From assembly GCA_965235115.1 (NCBI GenBank), contig OZ249439.1, positions 21,638,001-21,702,000 on the forward strand: a stretch of DNA of 64,000 nt, given 5' to 3'. The translations under genes were made by a program, and so were the position numbers. The notes under the pieces are model-generated. The model was not told the DNA's origin, ran no database searches, and was given only the letters and a program-made list of their open reading frames with translations. This stretch comes from Laetmonice hystrix. Lineage: Eukaryota. Numbering within the stretch: position 1 is the stretch's first letter; the number at the start of each line of letters is the position of its first letter. This document shows positions 1 through 13,349 of this stretch, piece after piece.

Positions 1-60
1 AAGACCATCTACGATCACAAAATGACGCGGAAATGTGATTTTGATGCTGTGAACTATGTA

Positions 61-555
61 GGACTACTAATTTGACGGACTACTATTTTGGCGCTTCGTG
101 GCGCCAAAATAGTAGTCCGTCAAAATTTGACGGACTACTATTTTGGCGCCAATTAATTTAATTTAATTAATATAATAATTAATAACTAATTTAATTAGTA
201 GTCCTTTCTTCCATCCAGGCTATAATTAGCTCGTGCAAGCTAGTTGAGAGTCGTAAGCCGCGGCCTGCTACCATGGCCTCCGGCTGCCTACTTAGGCTGC
301 ACCTTGGGTTCGTGTCACCTAACTTTCGCAGTGCCGTGTTATCTCAAATTAGGTTGAAAGGCCGCGGGTCTACAACTGGTGCATTTATGGACTTCTGCTT
401 TAAGTTGTTTCCATATGCGATTTCAATCCGAACTGTATTTATTGAGAACGGGCCAGTTAAACCTGGACTACTATTTTTACGGCCTCTGCTTTCGCTCCTA
501 TGGAGGCGCCCCATAGCGACTACTATTTTGGACGGACTACTATATTTGCGCCACA
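61..555. mobile_element. MITE-like/foldback element with GGACTACTA subterminal repeats
   Basis: Perfect 24-bp stem (71-94 vs 101-124) with a 6-nt loop; further copies of (TTTGAC)GGACTACTATTTT(GGCGCC) at about 126, 466, 517 and 530; the end near 555 (GCGCCACAG) is inverted relative to about 97-124. Confidence 0.5.
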
Positions 556-819
556 GATGTGCCTCGAATACCCCGTTGCGTATGCTTCTTGTCCCCCATT
601 GTAACAAAAGTCCATTTTTGAAGTACCGTAACACTCATTTGGATGCAAAATGCAACAAAGCGAATTCATGACTGTTTTAAAAAAAGATTCCTTTATTGCC
701 ATTCTGTACACGAGTAGCGGAATGTGATAGCTCACACACAGCCGTGTTTGACTCATCACTTCCCCTGCTGATCAGCTCATCTTTCCTAACCCTCTCTATT
801 TTAGTTATGGTACCCCTCC

Positions 820-1156
820 CAGGGTTCCCACGGAAATCGAACAAAATTTCATATTTCCATGACAATGTTTTCCATGACATGATATTGCTGTATGTCCTAA
901 CCTCCTCGCCCCCCCATACTTGCCATCCGATTCGCCCACAACGCCTACACCAACTATACAGTACAGAAATATTTTTGCCTTACAGTTGGGGTACATGTGT
1001 GACGGCAATATCTTCTCCTCTTGGTATTTAGTAGGCCTAGGCTACTAGAAATTAAAACAACCCGGGAGACTCAAGTAGCCAAAAAATTCTAGGACTTTTC
1101 GATGACTTTCCATGACAGAAATTTTTTCAAGATTTTCTATGACCGTGGGAACCCTG
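820..1156. mobile_element. hAT-like MITE
   Basis: Perfect 14-bp TIRs CAGGGTTCCCACGG (820-833) / CCGTGGGAACCCTG (1143-1156); subterminal TTCCATGAC repeats; flanks only an imperfect direct repeat (CCCTCC). Confidence 0.7.
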
Positions 1157-1721
1157 CCCTCCCCCACAGTTCACACCCATACCAGTGGCACTCCATGGGG
1201 CACCTTGGCCCCAATTCTCGCCTCACGAATACCTTGGTTGTTTCAGGCAACGAACTGTCAATGTTAATATGAGGAGAGGTTTGGGAACGTATACATACAT
1301 GCCCCATCGAGTCATTCTTCAGCATCGTTGTAATCAATCGGCAGAAATCATATCGTCTTCGACTACCCCCCCCCCCCCCCCAAACACACACACACTTAAC
1401 CCACATCGCGGACCCGGTCCTGGTATACACACTTCATAATGTTCACGCTCACCCCTCCTATGTATTACAGACGCCCTTAACTCTTAAGGCACAAGGCGGA
1501 CAACCACAAACCGACCATTCCAGCTTCAAACACAACCCACATTCTCTCATCGCAGCTTTAAAAACAAATGTCTTTGTCCATGATGACACAAGACCAAGTT
1601 TGGAGATTCATGCACGCAGTCTAACGTTTAAAATAAACAGCCTACCGAAGTTCCTTTCTTTACATGCAGATCTACTTCCCACATGGCAAATGATGTGCAA
1701 ACCTACTAGTGAATGTCCCGT

Positions 1722-1727
1722 TTTATT
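1722..1727 (-). promoter_or_regulatory. candidate polyadenylation signal of NUP58
   Basis: AATAAA on the minus strand about 460 nt downstream of the NUP58 stop codon. Confidence 0.4.
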
Positions 1728-2187
1728 ATAAAACAGAAAGAGGAAAAACTGCACGTTCACATGTGACAAAAACACTAACAGAGCCAGTTTCCGTCATGTA
1801 CAAAATATAGAACGCTTGGCAGAATTGGCCGCCAGCTTTTAGGGCCGTTTTAGGTTTCTGACCTGTAACTCAGAAAAGTCTACCTTACTCTCTTATGGAA
1901 AGTGTTCCTATATGCCGTTGCTGAATTTCATGAGAAACAAGATAGAAAGAAAGAGAGAGAGAAAACCCCCTCAACCGTGGAATGTCTGTCTAATCACTAA
2001 ATGAGAAATTCATTGTACCTTGATATAAAGAAAAGCGACTGTTTATACTGGTATGTTGTATTATATTATATAATATTATATAAGCTTCCATTGTAGTTGG
2101 AGTGCACACTGAGTCACTGCATACAAAACAATGGACTCTTAACCCTGCTGCCTTGTGGAAAGACACCATTAAAAACACGCTGTGGCC

Positions 2188-5100
2188 TCACGTTTTCTTG
2201 CCCTTTTTGCCGGCGGGCGGTTTCTGAAGCTGGAATGGCTGTTTGTTATCGGTGACCCCGAACCCGCCCCCCGTGGCCCCCAAGTTAAAGCCAACGGCTG
2301 GTGCTGCTCCAAACGCTGCAGTCTGGGAGGTGGCACCACCGCTCGGGTTGAATGCTGTCGTCTGGGCGCCACCTGCTGGCGAGCCAAACACTGACGACTG
2401 TATGGTGCCAACACTACCGAAACTAGATCCTGGAACAGATAAACCTGTGTATAACACCTCGACAGTCTACATAACACAGACCAAAGCAAAGTATCCTCTA
2501 GAATATAAGAATGATAACCATACATTTCAAACATTGTCATTCATGAGAGAATATTCCTTTAGTCAGACATGGATCTTATATATTCTTTTAAGTTATCTCG
2601 GTCATGAGAACACAATGTGTAAGAGAATGACTTCCAAGGACACGACAGTCGTCTATAAAATAAAGTCTTCTGGACATAGGATGACAGTAACCAGCAAAAC
2701 GACACACATATGAAAAATGGGCACACTCCTTTAGCTGCACTGCACTGGACAGCTATCTTGATGTCCAAGTTAAAACCAAACAAGAAGAGCGAGACAAAAA
2801 GCATAGAATCAAAGCAAATGCCAGTCAGCCAGCGTTCAGTGGATCTACTTACCATGACACAATTTTGATACCAAGCATGGACCGTATTCTGTATGAGGGA
2901 AGAGGATAGAAGAATTTATACCAAGCTCACTGGCAAAGGCGGTGGTGTGTGGTTGGGGGGGGGGGGGCAGTTGTTGTGGAGGAGTAGCGTAGGTGAGCCA
3001 TGTTACAGAGAGACAAAGTTGCTTACCACCACTAACCTAGAGGCCGGACAGTTGCTGTGTTTGTACTCCCAAAATTGAACCCAGTTGACCCAAATCCTGT
3101 TGACTGATTCCCTACTGCTGTACTGCCAAATCCTGTGCTGCTGCCAAATCCAGTGGTGCTGCCAAATCCTGCAAAAAAACCACCCCAGAATTCTTCATAA
3201 AGGCCCGTAAGAAAGCTCATGATAAATTATGTGTTGCAAATACATGAATGTACAAAGAATGTACAAAGAAAAAGAATGTACAAAATACTAGACCTACCCG
3301 TGCCAAGTCCACTAGTTGTGCCAGTGCTGGTGCTTCCAAACAACCCAGTACCAAGTCCAGTACCAAGTCCAGTCGTCTGGCCACCAAGCGTTCCTGTTCC
3401 CAGACCAGTGTTCAACCCTAATGTTGGAGCTCCTTGTGACACAAAACAAGACAAGATATTTAAGGGTGTGGGAAGGAATTATTGTCCGGAGTAAGTAATC
3501 CGGTAGAATCTCTGTAACCTTTCATTAATCAACCCCAAATGCTTTGAAAAGTTTCCCCAGTCTGAAGTCTGTACCTGTTGGTTGCTGTGAGCGGTTGAGG
3601 GCTGATGCCATGGCTATAGCTGCAGCGTTGGACATCCCTGTAAATGGTGTAGGGCCAACTGTGGTCGGAGGCCGATTGGACTTGGTTTTATCACACGCTT
3701 TCCGTCGCTTTTCAAAAACATCCGTTGAGTCAGCATGGAAGACTTTACGATAATTTAAGTAATGCTCCTTTTGGGCCTGAAAGGTGTAAAAACTAGCATG
3801 TACTAACATTTCAGATGCACTACAGTGAAGACCTAGAATTAACTCTTAAAATAATGAAACTTGCAGGCCAGAAGCTCTGCGAGTGTTCATATATTGGTCA
3901 CTGCATCCAACAGGAGTATTCAAACTAGCAACCTTACAACTGTAGTGCCAACTACCAAGTGATATTTATCTGGAAATCATCTTGGAAATTCTGAATTTTA
4001 TTATGATCAGCAAAGTTCTGAAGATAGATAGGAGAACATACCTTGACAGCCTCATGAACTACCTGTAACTGGGCAGCCAAGTGGATGAAACTTTCATGAA
4101 TTTTACTCAGCAGAATGGACAGCTCTGAAACAAAGAATTTTATTACCATTTTCACTGTACCTTTTCAGAATCATGTTGTAATATATTAGTAGTAACAACA
4201 TACTATTGTAAAAGTCTAACTAAACAAGGAATAGCTGGTTAAGACCTACCCTGTGGTGTAAGCATGGAGGGTTGATGTAGAGAGGCCAAGTGACTTTCCA
4301 TCTCCTCAATCTGCTGCCTGTATAGCACCATCCGTACCTCAAAATCCTCAACCAGACGCGCAAAGTACCTAGTGGGAAAGTACATAACGGTCTACTATCT
4401 GATGTCAGTGGAATTTCATCCTCAACTTCTTTTAAACCACTTTTGGTTAATTTTCTGATTCGATCATTGTGCCTCCACCACTTATGGGTTGAATTGAGGC
4501 AGTCAGCTGACTAGTAGAAATCTGGTGTAGCAAAAAGGGGATTGCTCACTGAGCCACTGAGATCTCCTTGGACCAATTTACAATAAAACAAACCAAAATG
4601 ACAGAGCAGAATAAATTATATGCGGAAACTTCAATTTTTTTAAAGGGTCATATCTGCAAACCAAAAAACGAGAGGAAAAACACAGGATTACAAATATAGT
4701 CAACCTCAATCGGTGACATACAGATTGGGTGCACCTAAGGCCTGACAAAGTCCATCAATTTTTTTCATGACAAGACGAGGACACTCACTCTGTTGGCGCT
4801 GTGTTCTCATACTGGAGTCCTGGAGGTAGGTCCTTTGTACGTTGTGCCATCTCTGCATTCTTCAGCTCCTGAGCCGACTCCTGCTTCAGCTTGTCAATGG
4901 CGATGGCATTACGCTGAAGGCCTGTCGACACCAGCGACAGCAGCTGTTTGAGCAGCGACACCTCCTCCTGCACCTTGTACATCTGCTTGGAGGACATTCG
5001 GTCAATCTCCTCACGCACACTCTTCTGCCCCTTGACATATTTCCTAGAGGTCATGAACAGCATGGGTTATATATCAGTCGGGTACAACACTGGACCACTG

Positions 5101-7530
5101 TTCTGATTCACAAGTTTAAGTAAAAAAGAAAAGATTTCCACGGCTTTTTCTCCACTAGATTTCTAGACAGGATTTTCAGGCCTGGTTATCGAATTCCATG
5201 ATTTTACAGACCCGATAAGTATAGAGGTCTTTGATGACTTTATTTGGCTGACAGTAATATATTGGTATCCCTCATCCTGGTTATATTGCCTTTCATACTC
5301 CAAACTGCCATTTACAGCCTATTGGTAGGTCAGTGTACTTACTTGAACTCCTCAACTGTGCCGGTGACCTCATTGGGCATTGGTGTGTCTTTGACAGCTT
5401 TAGAATCCCTGGAAAGACAGTTGTCTCTAATTAGAACCAACAGACATCAGAGATAACATGAATGAACTGCTTTAAACACTAACAACTGCAATAAATCATG
5501 CTGAATACATAGTTCACATTGACGCATTATTTTAACAAATACACATAACCTCATTGTTACTCTTCCACCTGGGTTAACAGCCAACAATGATGCTTCACAA
5601 TGAGAGTATTGTTAACAATTTGACACCCACCCAGGTTTGCCATTGGTGCCTGACGTGGCAGCTGCTGTCGTCTTTGGGTCAATGCCACCCAGTCCTTTAC
5701 TAGCTACGCCGGTTGTTGATGACTGGAATAAACTACCAGTGCCTGCGGCAGCAGTTGACCCACCTGAAATTAGTGAAATTAGTACCAACAGACTTTTACA
5801 ACATGTCTTGGGGTCGAGGCCATTAATAACACTCTGGTATTAGTTATGGGTATAACTTTGTACAATTAATTTCCTGATGTAGAGATGCATGATCTGATAT
5901 AGCCGAGGGTGCTGAATACACAACCACAGCTATTGATTTGCATCTTACCTAAACCGAGAGAGAACCCTGCTGTAGATGCTGTTGGGGCTGTCCCAAATCC
6001 CCCTAAGGTTAATCCTGGTTTACTTGTTGAGGTAGCTCCGAGTCCTAGACTAAATCCTTCAGACAAAACAAAATTGATGATTATAATAACAGGAAGCATA
6101 AAACAGTTTTACCTACATTTAAATAAATTATTATCAAGTACACTGCTAAAATAAAAGTGCTACAACTTTGTCATTTTCATTTTAAAGACCATATTCTAAA
6201 TTGAAAAATCCAGAAATTGTAGGACATGTGAACATTGATTTGCAATAATTCGATGACTGTGAGATGCATTGAAAATAATTATCAGAGGTCAAATTTCACC
6301 ACAGCAAATGGCATAATGCCCCCCATCTTTGCTGTAATGCCCTTAAGTTTTGTCTCTAACAGCATTACACTGAGCAGTACCGGTACCCCTTTTGGTCTCT
6401 TGCCCTGGGTGCCCTCCCTCATAGTTTGCCGTAATGTCCCTTTGGAACTTATAAATTTGCCTTGAAGTCCTTGGACAGTCACTGGAAATGCCTTGGTGCC
6501 CTTATAGGAAAGGTTGTGAACGGCAACAACTGCAGTGCCCCTTGACAAACGACCCCTGAATTATTGTGAGAGTCACTCACCAGTGTTTGGTTTGCTAGCC
6601 CCCAAAGTCTGGCCTGTTGTTGCTGTCCCTGTAGTTGATGTTGCAGCCCCAAATCCTGTTCCAAATCCAGAGGAACCTAATGTCAATCCTGTAGCTGGCT
6701 TGGCTGCTCCCCCTCCGAGTGCTCCAGTTGCACCAAATGATGAAAACCCTGTTGTGGACTGGGTAGTGGTGGTGCTTGTGCTGGCCCCGCCACTGCCGCC
6801 AAAGTTAAAGGATGAACCAGTGCCAAGGGGCAGAGCTAGACCCGTGGAGGCTGTCGTGGAGGCGGCAGTTGAACTGGCTGCACCAAACCCAGTGGCGCCG
6901 CCGAGTGTGAACCCACCAGGCTGAGTGCCCGTTGTAAGGTTCAGTCCGGTAGAACCAACTGTTGCAGTGGGTTTTACAGTGGCTGTGGCCGCACCAAACC
7001 CACTGAACCCACTGGTCGGATTGGTTGTCTTGGCCGTCTGTCCAAAGTTAAATCCACTGAAACAGATAACAAAACAATAAAAAGAACATGATGAGCGTCC
7101 TTCAGGCTTCACTGTAGGAAAGTATGTAACGAGATGCTTCTAAGAAGTTCTAAAGACTAAGTTCTATTGAGATAACAGGTTTAACGGAGATCTATACAAC
7201 TTTTTTTTATGTTTTAATCCCAGTTCCTGGACAACGGACAGAACAGGTGGATGACCAATTGAGACCGAGAGCGGCTCAACGGGGGCGCGCGGCGCGGCCG
7301 CGGGCCCGAGCGCGGGGCCGAGCGCGGGCCCGAGCGCGGGGCCGGGCCAGGCCAGTGCACGCTGACACTGTGGACCGTGTCACAGTGACAGTGTGTGTGG
7401 TAACAGCACTGGATCATCGACCTATTCGAGTTAAACCAAGTCCTAGATTTTACCTGGAACCGCCCAGACCGGTTGCCGCTTGAGTCGTGGCCGTGGCGCC
7501 GACATTTCCAAAAGAAAATCCCGTACTCAT
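2188..7530 (-). CDS. NUP58: nucleoporin p58/p45 (NUP58/NUPL1), 12 coding exons, about 675 aa
   Basis: Exons (minus): 7530-7454, 7056-6581, 6056-5949, 5763-5631, 5408-5343, 5043-4789, 4368-4250, 4124-4042, 3776-3575, 3432-3298, 3168-3037, 2429-2188. All are GT-AG with matching phases, 2028 nt in total. Starts MSTGFSFG as in human Nup58; FG-rich ends; coiled-coil core DSKAVKD...REEIDRMSSKQMYKVQEEVSLLKQLLSL...QELKNAEMAQRTKDLPPGLQYENTAPTEYF...YRQQIEEME...GPTPFTGMSNAAAIAMA; ends LQKPPAGKKGKKT*. Confidence 0.97.
6283..6558. mobile_element. MITE in NUP58 intron 2
   Basis: Termini CAGAGGTC / GACCCCTG, flanked by direct repeat AATTAT on both sides; internal (G/A)TGCCC(T) repeats. Confidence 0.55.
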
Positions 7531-7841
7531 TCTCCAAACTTTTCTTGTTTCCACTCTCCCGCAAATCAAACATGGCGGATCTCGGAGTCTCGCGGACGAT
7601 AGAGATTTACCCCCTAAAGTATAGCAAAACTAGGTCCCAAAACTATATTCGTCGTCGATTCGTTTAAATTATTTATCTTGAATACAAAGTCCCAAAAGAT
7701 ATTTTTCTGTTTGCCGTTTGAACGACGTTAGTTTACCTTTTGTTATCACGTGACTTCGAGACACACCCCCCCCCCCCCGATGTGACATGGCCGCGGAAGA
7801 TCGGCAGTGACAAGAAAGAAGCTACAAGGCCTCTCTCAAAC
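7531..7841. promoter_or_regulatory. bidirectional promoter NUP58 / MTMR
   Basis: About 310 bp between divergent ATGs; YY1-like AACATGGCG (about 7569), E2F-like TCCCGCAAA (about 7557), E-box/CLEAR-like TCACGTGAC (7746-7754), a second ACATGGC near 7784; CpG-rich. Confidence 0.8.
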
Positions 7842-7865
7842 ATGGAACACATACGAACGCCAAAG
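7842..7865 (+). CDS. MTMR6/7/8: myotubularin-related protein 6/7/8, coding exon 1 (MEHIRTPK)
   Basis: ATG GAA CAC ATA CGA ACG CCA AAG|GTACAT; MEHIRTPK matches the MTMR7 start (MTMR6 is MEHIRTTK); phase 0 joins the exon at 46422. Confidence 0.92.
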
Positions 7866-8298
7866 GTACATATGTTCGCTCTTCTATTCTAGAACGTGTA
7901 GGCCATAAACAACGGTTGTGTATATATTTTTTGGCGCTACAGTGGATAGATGTATGTTACGTGCGTTTTATCATTTTGTTTTTATTATTTTTTTGGCTTG
8001 CCCTGGCTGAGACCGGTGAGGAGGGGGTGTGTCTGGCCAGACTGACTCGGAGCCAAAATAGATGCATTTCTGCCATTTGACAGATCGACAAAACCAAATG
8101 ATCTTACAATAATATTATGTATCCATACCTTGCACTAATTGGAAATGAATGGACTGGTATTGAGGACAACGCCAGAGACCCAACGTATTACCGTCACTTA
8201 TCCTAAATTATAAAATAAATACCGGGTAGTAAAGATTTTTATTTTCAGGAATCCTGGGGTAGAACATCACTTAATTTGATTAGCCTAATGAACTCTCT

Positions 8299-8470
8299 CA
8301 GTGGTGTAGGAAGGAAAAAAATATTGGGGGGGGGGGGCAGAAGTGACGTCACAATGACTTATGCCTAGGATGCCTCTGCTTTGAGCCTGCAGTCATTTTA
8401 TAAATATTGGGGCGGGGGGGGGGGGGGGGGGGGCAGCAGCCCCCTCTGCCCCCAGCTTTCTACACCACTG
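8299..8470. mobile_element. MITE with CAGTGGTGTAG TIRs (hAT-like)
   Basis: Perfect 11-bp TIR CAGTGGTGTAG / CTACACCACTG with subterminal poly-G tracts; no clear TSD. Confidence 0.65.
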
Positions 8471-10829
8471 CCTCTTAATGTTTTATTTAAATGAAATAAA
8501 AAAATTAAATCGGAACAGCAGCCTGGGTTGGATAGAGAAATCACTAAGGAAACCATAGGTATAAAGTACTGAGTGAAAATACTAGAAAAAGAAAAAAGAG
8601 GTTGACTGAATTTGTCATAGTGTACGGGCCACTGTACGTAGCAGTAGCCCTGGAAACATTGGCCATTCTGTATACTGCACCTGCTTGTAGTAGTTAGGCA
8701 AAGTTTGTAGTCTGCTAGTGCTAGAGTAACACTTTATATAAAACCTGCATTATGAATTAAACACTTTAGGTAATATCAGTGTGAATTACTGAAATTGAAC
8801 TAATCTGATTCATACACAACCAAGTTGATATTTTAGTTAATGTTATACAGTTCTAAAATATATGCACTGCACTTTAGCCTAGAGCTGTGAAAATGTTCCC
8901 TTATAGGTTGAAACCCAGACAAAAAAAACACCTTCACTAACATTCATGACACAAAGCATATCATTCAACCATTTGTTTCATACAAGATGGACTCCCAGTA
9001 GTACGCCAGTCAAGAGGCGTACAGTTATAAACTTTCTTATTGGAAAAACTGTGATGCATCTGTGTGCATGGATGTCAGCACTGTGTCATGGGGTACCTCA
9101 ACTGTTATAACAACACTTCCACGACAAAATCATCTAAAAGTATTGATGATGAGGATGGTCATGTTTGTGTTTTGGTGCCAACTGGAGTTCATGTGGAATG
9201 CTTGAAAGACCAGGGGGAAAAGTACAGTCAACCCCCTATACTACTCACTTGCCATTTTTGTATTAAATGTTGAAGGTAAATCAACATTAAAATGCCCAAG
9301 GTTGCCAGATGGCTTCATGCAATTTCAGTACAGGTCTGAGCATTATCAGATCTTGCTGGTAGATCCTCTACCTAAGAACCATAATTCAAATTCGATGTAA
9401 TACATGTATGTATAGGAATTCATTAACGAAAATTAGAAAATTCTCTAACTGGACTATATTATAGACTGTTAACTGCTTTCAGAATCCATGCCCCTTTATT
9501 TCACCCTGTTCAGGGGATAAAGTATATACCAGAGGTGTTTCTCAATATAGCCAGAATCTGTCAAACATTACTGGAGTCGGGCGAAGAGAAACCCGAAGGT
9601 TTCCAGAATGAGTGCTACCATACAGTTTAAAGTTACATTATGATAATGTGGTACTGTTAGTGTTACAGGTGACCCAATGCACATGCATACGGTACATGTA
9701 TTTGTCAAACCAAACAAAGGCTTAAAAACATTTATATAATGAAGCTTAGTTAAGTTATTGTGTTGTTTTAACAAAAAGAATTTTTCACTTATAGTATAAT
9801 GGGAAAGAAACTAAGGAGTTTGTGTTTTAGGGGGATGAGTGACGAAAGGTGTGTCTGTTAGGTTTTGTGCAACCATAATAATTTGGAAAAGTTTCATGGC
9901 ATAATTTTTATGCAGTTTATCGACTTTGGTCTCTGTGTTTTCAGCAGATTAATCCCACTCAGGTAAATATAATTAAACAATGCCAACTTTAGAACTGCTA
10001 TCCTGTTCACATTCCCGTCATTTCCCACCGTGCTTTGAACTGCCCTGGTGGAGGGGACTCATTGTCCAGAAGGCTCCTGTTAGCAAACTACTGTATAATG
10101 CTTGAATTAATGCCCAGGCATAGACAGTGAACTCGTTTTAAGCTGAAAAAGAGGGAGTGGGCATTTATATGGATTTTGCTTTTATAAGAGCACATTATGC
10201 ATGTTGAAGTCAATGCTTAATTATAATGGACTCGTCAATAACCAATTTCACCAATAAGAATCAAATAGGGAAAGAGCATGTAAATTTATTCATTTATAGG
10301 TGGTAATAATAAATTAAGTTATAGTTTGTAAACTGGGCCGGCCCTAAATGCAAACTATCAATAGGCAATTATAATGTTGTAAAAAGGTCTGCTACAGGCC
10401 TTGTAAGTTGCTCACAGTACGGTATTTTAAGAAATGAGTGCCAATAATAAACTTACTGGTAGGTGGTTAATTTTATATCATGGTACAAAAGGACTAACAA
10501 TTCTGTAGATAATTTTGTCTGAATTTTGTCCAACGAAGCTGCAAATGTTTTTCACATGTAATATTTACAATACACGTAAGACTAGGGTATAATTCGAACA
10601 ACTCGTTTGAAAATACTGATATTTCAGTAATTTTGTTTAAATGCACAATGAATACCAAGTTTCAGTGTAGGATAACAAATAATCGAATAGTTTTCGTTTA
10701 TGTTAACCGAGAATTGTAACGTTGAAGTGAAGCACCTCAAAGTTTGAGGATGGTTGAACCATAGATATTAGATGTCCTACACATCTATGGTTGAACCGCT
10801 CTGGCGTGCCGATAATTCATAGTTAACGT

Positions 10830-10925
10830 TTTTCCCACTAGAGGCGTTTTATTGCATAGGGCCGATTAGGCTGCCACCTTGCGAGTGTTACAAACTTCGG
10901 CCTATTTACAATAGGTGGCAGCACT
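10830..10925. promoter_or_regulatory. cluster of CTCF-like motifs
   Basis: CCACTAGAGGCG (+), GCAAGGTGGCAG (-) and CAATAGGTGGCAGCA (+) within about 100 bp. Confidence 0.35.
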
Positions 10926-13349
10926 GGGATTGCTGGAATAGTGCCTTGAGTCGACCCGTACGGATTGAACACGGCCTGTGTGAACTGAAGCCAAGTCTGT
11001 TCCGATAGATTGGTTTACGTTTAGTTTTCTGAGGTAAATTATTTTACTGTTTTAAAAGGACCGTGTGTTGTCAAACTGGTGTGGCAATCAAAGTAGCCCA
11101 GAATTGTCATGTTACTCAGATGTTAAAGGCGTGTGCTAAGCATATCTGAAGTCTGAAGACCGCGATATTCAAGGAAAGTAGTATAGCAAAATGCTGATTT
11201 AGAGCGTGATGATTCAAGATGCTGTTGGGAGACACTGCCATTATTCCTCAGATACTGTTTATGTATAAAGCGGCTCAAATAATCAGGCATAAGAGTATGA
11301 TGACAAGGTTGGGAGGAGGAGGAGGGGGAAGAAGAGGAAAGGTAGGAAGAGGAGGAGAGCGTTGTCAGTGCCACCTGCAGCTTCTCCCAACCCTTACCTG
11401 TATGCCAAGACCCCGTTCATCTCCTGAGGATGGTTGGCAGACCACGGTAGATGTGTGGCCGAGATCTGCCGTATAGGTTTACTATCCGCCCTACCTCAGG
11501 GGTAGGAGACACACGTATGTTTACATTCCCTCACGTGTACTGGTCGGTAACTGACAAACGTTGTATCATGTTGTTACGTTAGTGCATCATAACATCGCCA
11601 GGGGGCGCGGTAGGTGGTAAGGTTGAATTCTTGATGGTTTCTGACAGACAGAGAGAAACTGTTTTTGTTCCTTGGTTCTGTATTATAATGCGGTGGTAGT
11701 GAGGGGTCTCTAATGCGCGTAGGGTGTGATCTATGGTATAGAACAGTTTAGACAGAAACGTTAGAACTGCTGGATGGTCTGGATTGGCCAATAGGTCTAT
11801 ACTGGAGGTCTGGCAGAGTCAGAGACCATGAATGTGATATTGAAGGTCTGGTGGTAGTGGTAGACTCCTAGCATACCGATGGTCTGGCAGACTCATAGTA
11901 CCGTCCACTGAACACCTGACAGTCTCCCGTCTTCTGAAGGCCTGGCAGAGACACGGCCTACTTAAGGTCTGGCAGAGATCCACTAGACTGAGAGCCTGCC
12001 AGAGACTCAGTCCACGGAGGGCCCTAGCTAACTCGAGGCCGGGTGGAGTCCCGGCCTATTGAAGGCTAGTCCCAGTCTACTGAAAGCTTTGCATAGTCCC
12101 AGTCTACTGAAGATTTGACAGGGTAGCAGTCTGCTGGACGCCAGGCAGAGTTCAAGTCTGCTGAGTACCAGTGAATAGTCCCTTATCAAGCACCAGTTCC
12201 CACCATGCTGAACGCTTGACGTCCACCCGACACGTGACACATCATTACCGAGTTCGTCAATTAGTGGCCTCAATGCAGCGCTGACCAGTGTGCCAGACAC
12301 TTGACCGGCGCCGTGTCACTGACACGCTGTCTGCCATGCTGGAAGCTAGAGCTGGGGTCTGCCGTCCCGTCCAGCCCTACCGATCTGACTGAATGATGAG
12401 GACTTGTGTCTCCCACCTCGGGAATCGGACTGAGTGCGGGCGGTAGTCTGTCTCCTGTCGGCACTCAAACCGTGATCGGGAGGGGGGTAGGGTGGAGAGT
12501 GTGGGGAGGCATGGCAGGTCGCGGGCCAGGGTATGTGGGAGGGTGACCCGAGGCGGGTCTGTGTGGTGCATGGAGTTCTACATGGTGTTAAACCAAAACG
12601 TAATCTCATTGTTGGTGCTGTATCAGGGGAGGGTGGGGGTGGGGTAGGACAGTCACTGTGTGGTCATGGTTGACTGGCCAGTCAGGGGGCTGCCCAGTCA
12701 GGTCTGGTCATGGTTGACTAGTCAGTCAGGGGACTGCACAGTCTATCAGACCTGGTCATAATACAGTCAGTATCCCAAGGCCGAACCCCTAACCCTAACC
12801 CCCCCCCCCCGTTCTCTATAGCTGTTAGCGGAGGGGGCGGGGAGGGTGATGATGCCATTCTGGGTACTGGCGATCGTACGGAGACAGTCTGACTATGGGA
12901 TCCTATTATTGACGTAGACCTTCTAGGGGCGCAGGTGCACAACCCGCACAGCTCGGCTGTACACCATCAATCAATCGACTGATTAGTCCAATTAATGATA
13001 GGACAGAACGGAAGATATCAACAGAAACCAACAGAAACCTGATGCCATGTGTCCGTACACAGGGATTTGGTGAGTGAAGGAAACTGTGTGTGACTAACTT
13101 GATGTATAGCAGCACATTCCAAAGATGATTACTTTGTGTGATCTACACACTGTGCCTCTATGCACATCATTGTGAAGTAAATGAATTCCAGCTGCATTGG
13201 CATATATACATTCTTATCATGTGTGTGTATAGATAGAACGTTATGATTGAATACAGATCCTGATATTATGCATGTATGCATGTATGGGCATGTGTAGGCA
13301 TGCATGCCGGTTTATTCTGTCCGACGTCGCCTGATGTATTGAGGAATTA

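Noticed and set aside
7214-7667. ORF-track ORFs around the promoter (7214-7573 minus, 7473-7667 plus)
   Set aside because: Out of frame with the true NUP58 start (7530); the ACATGGCG here is better explained as a YY1-like motif.
12346-12420. QIGRAGRDG resembling RecQ helicase motif VI
   Set aside because: No other helicase motifs or splice context nearby; treated as chance.
12785-12800. CCCTAACCCTAACCC as an interstitial telomere
   Set aside because: Only about 2.5 units; too short to call.
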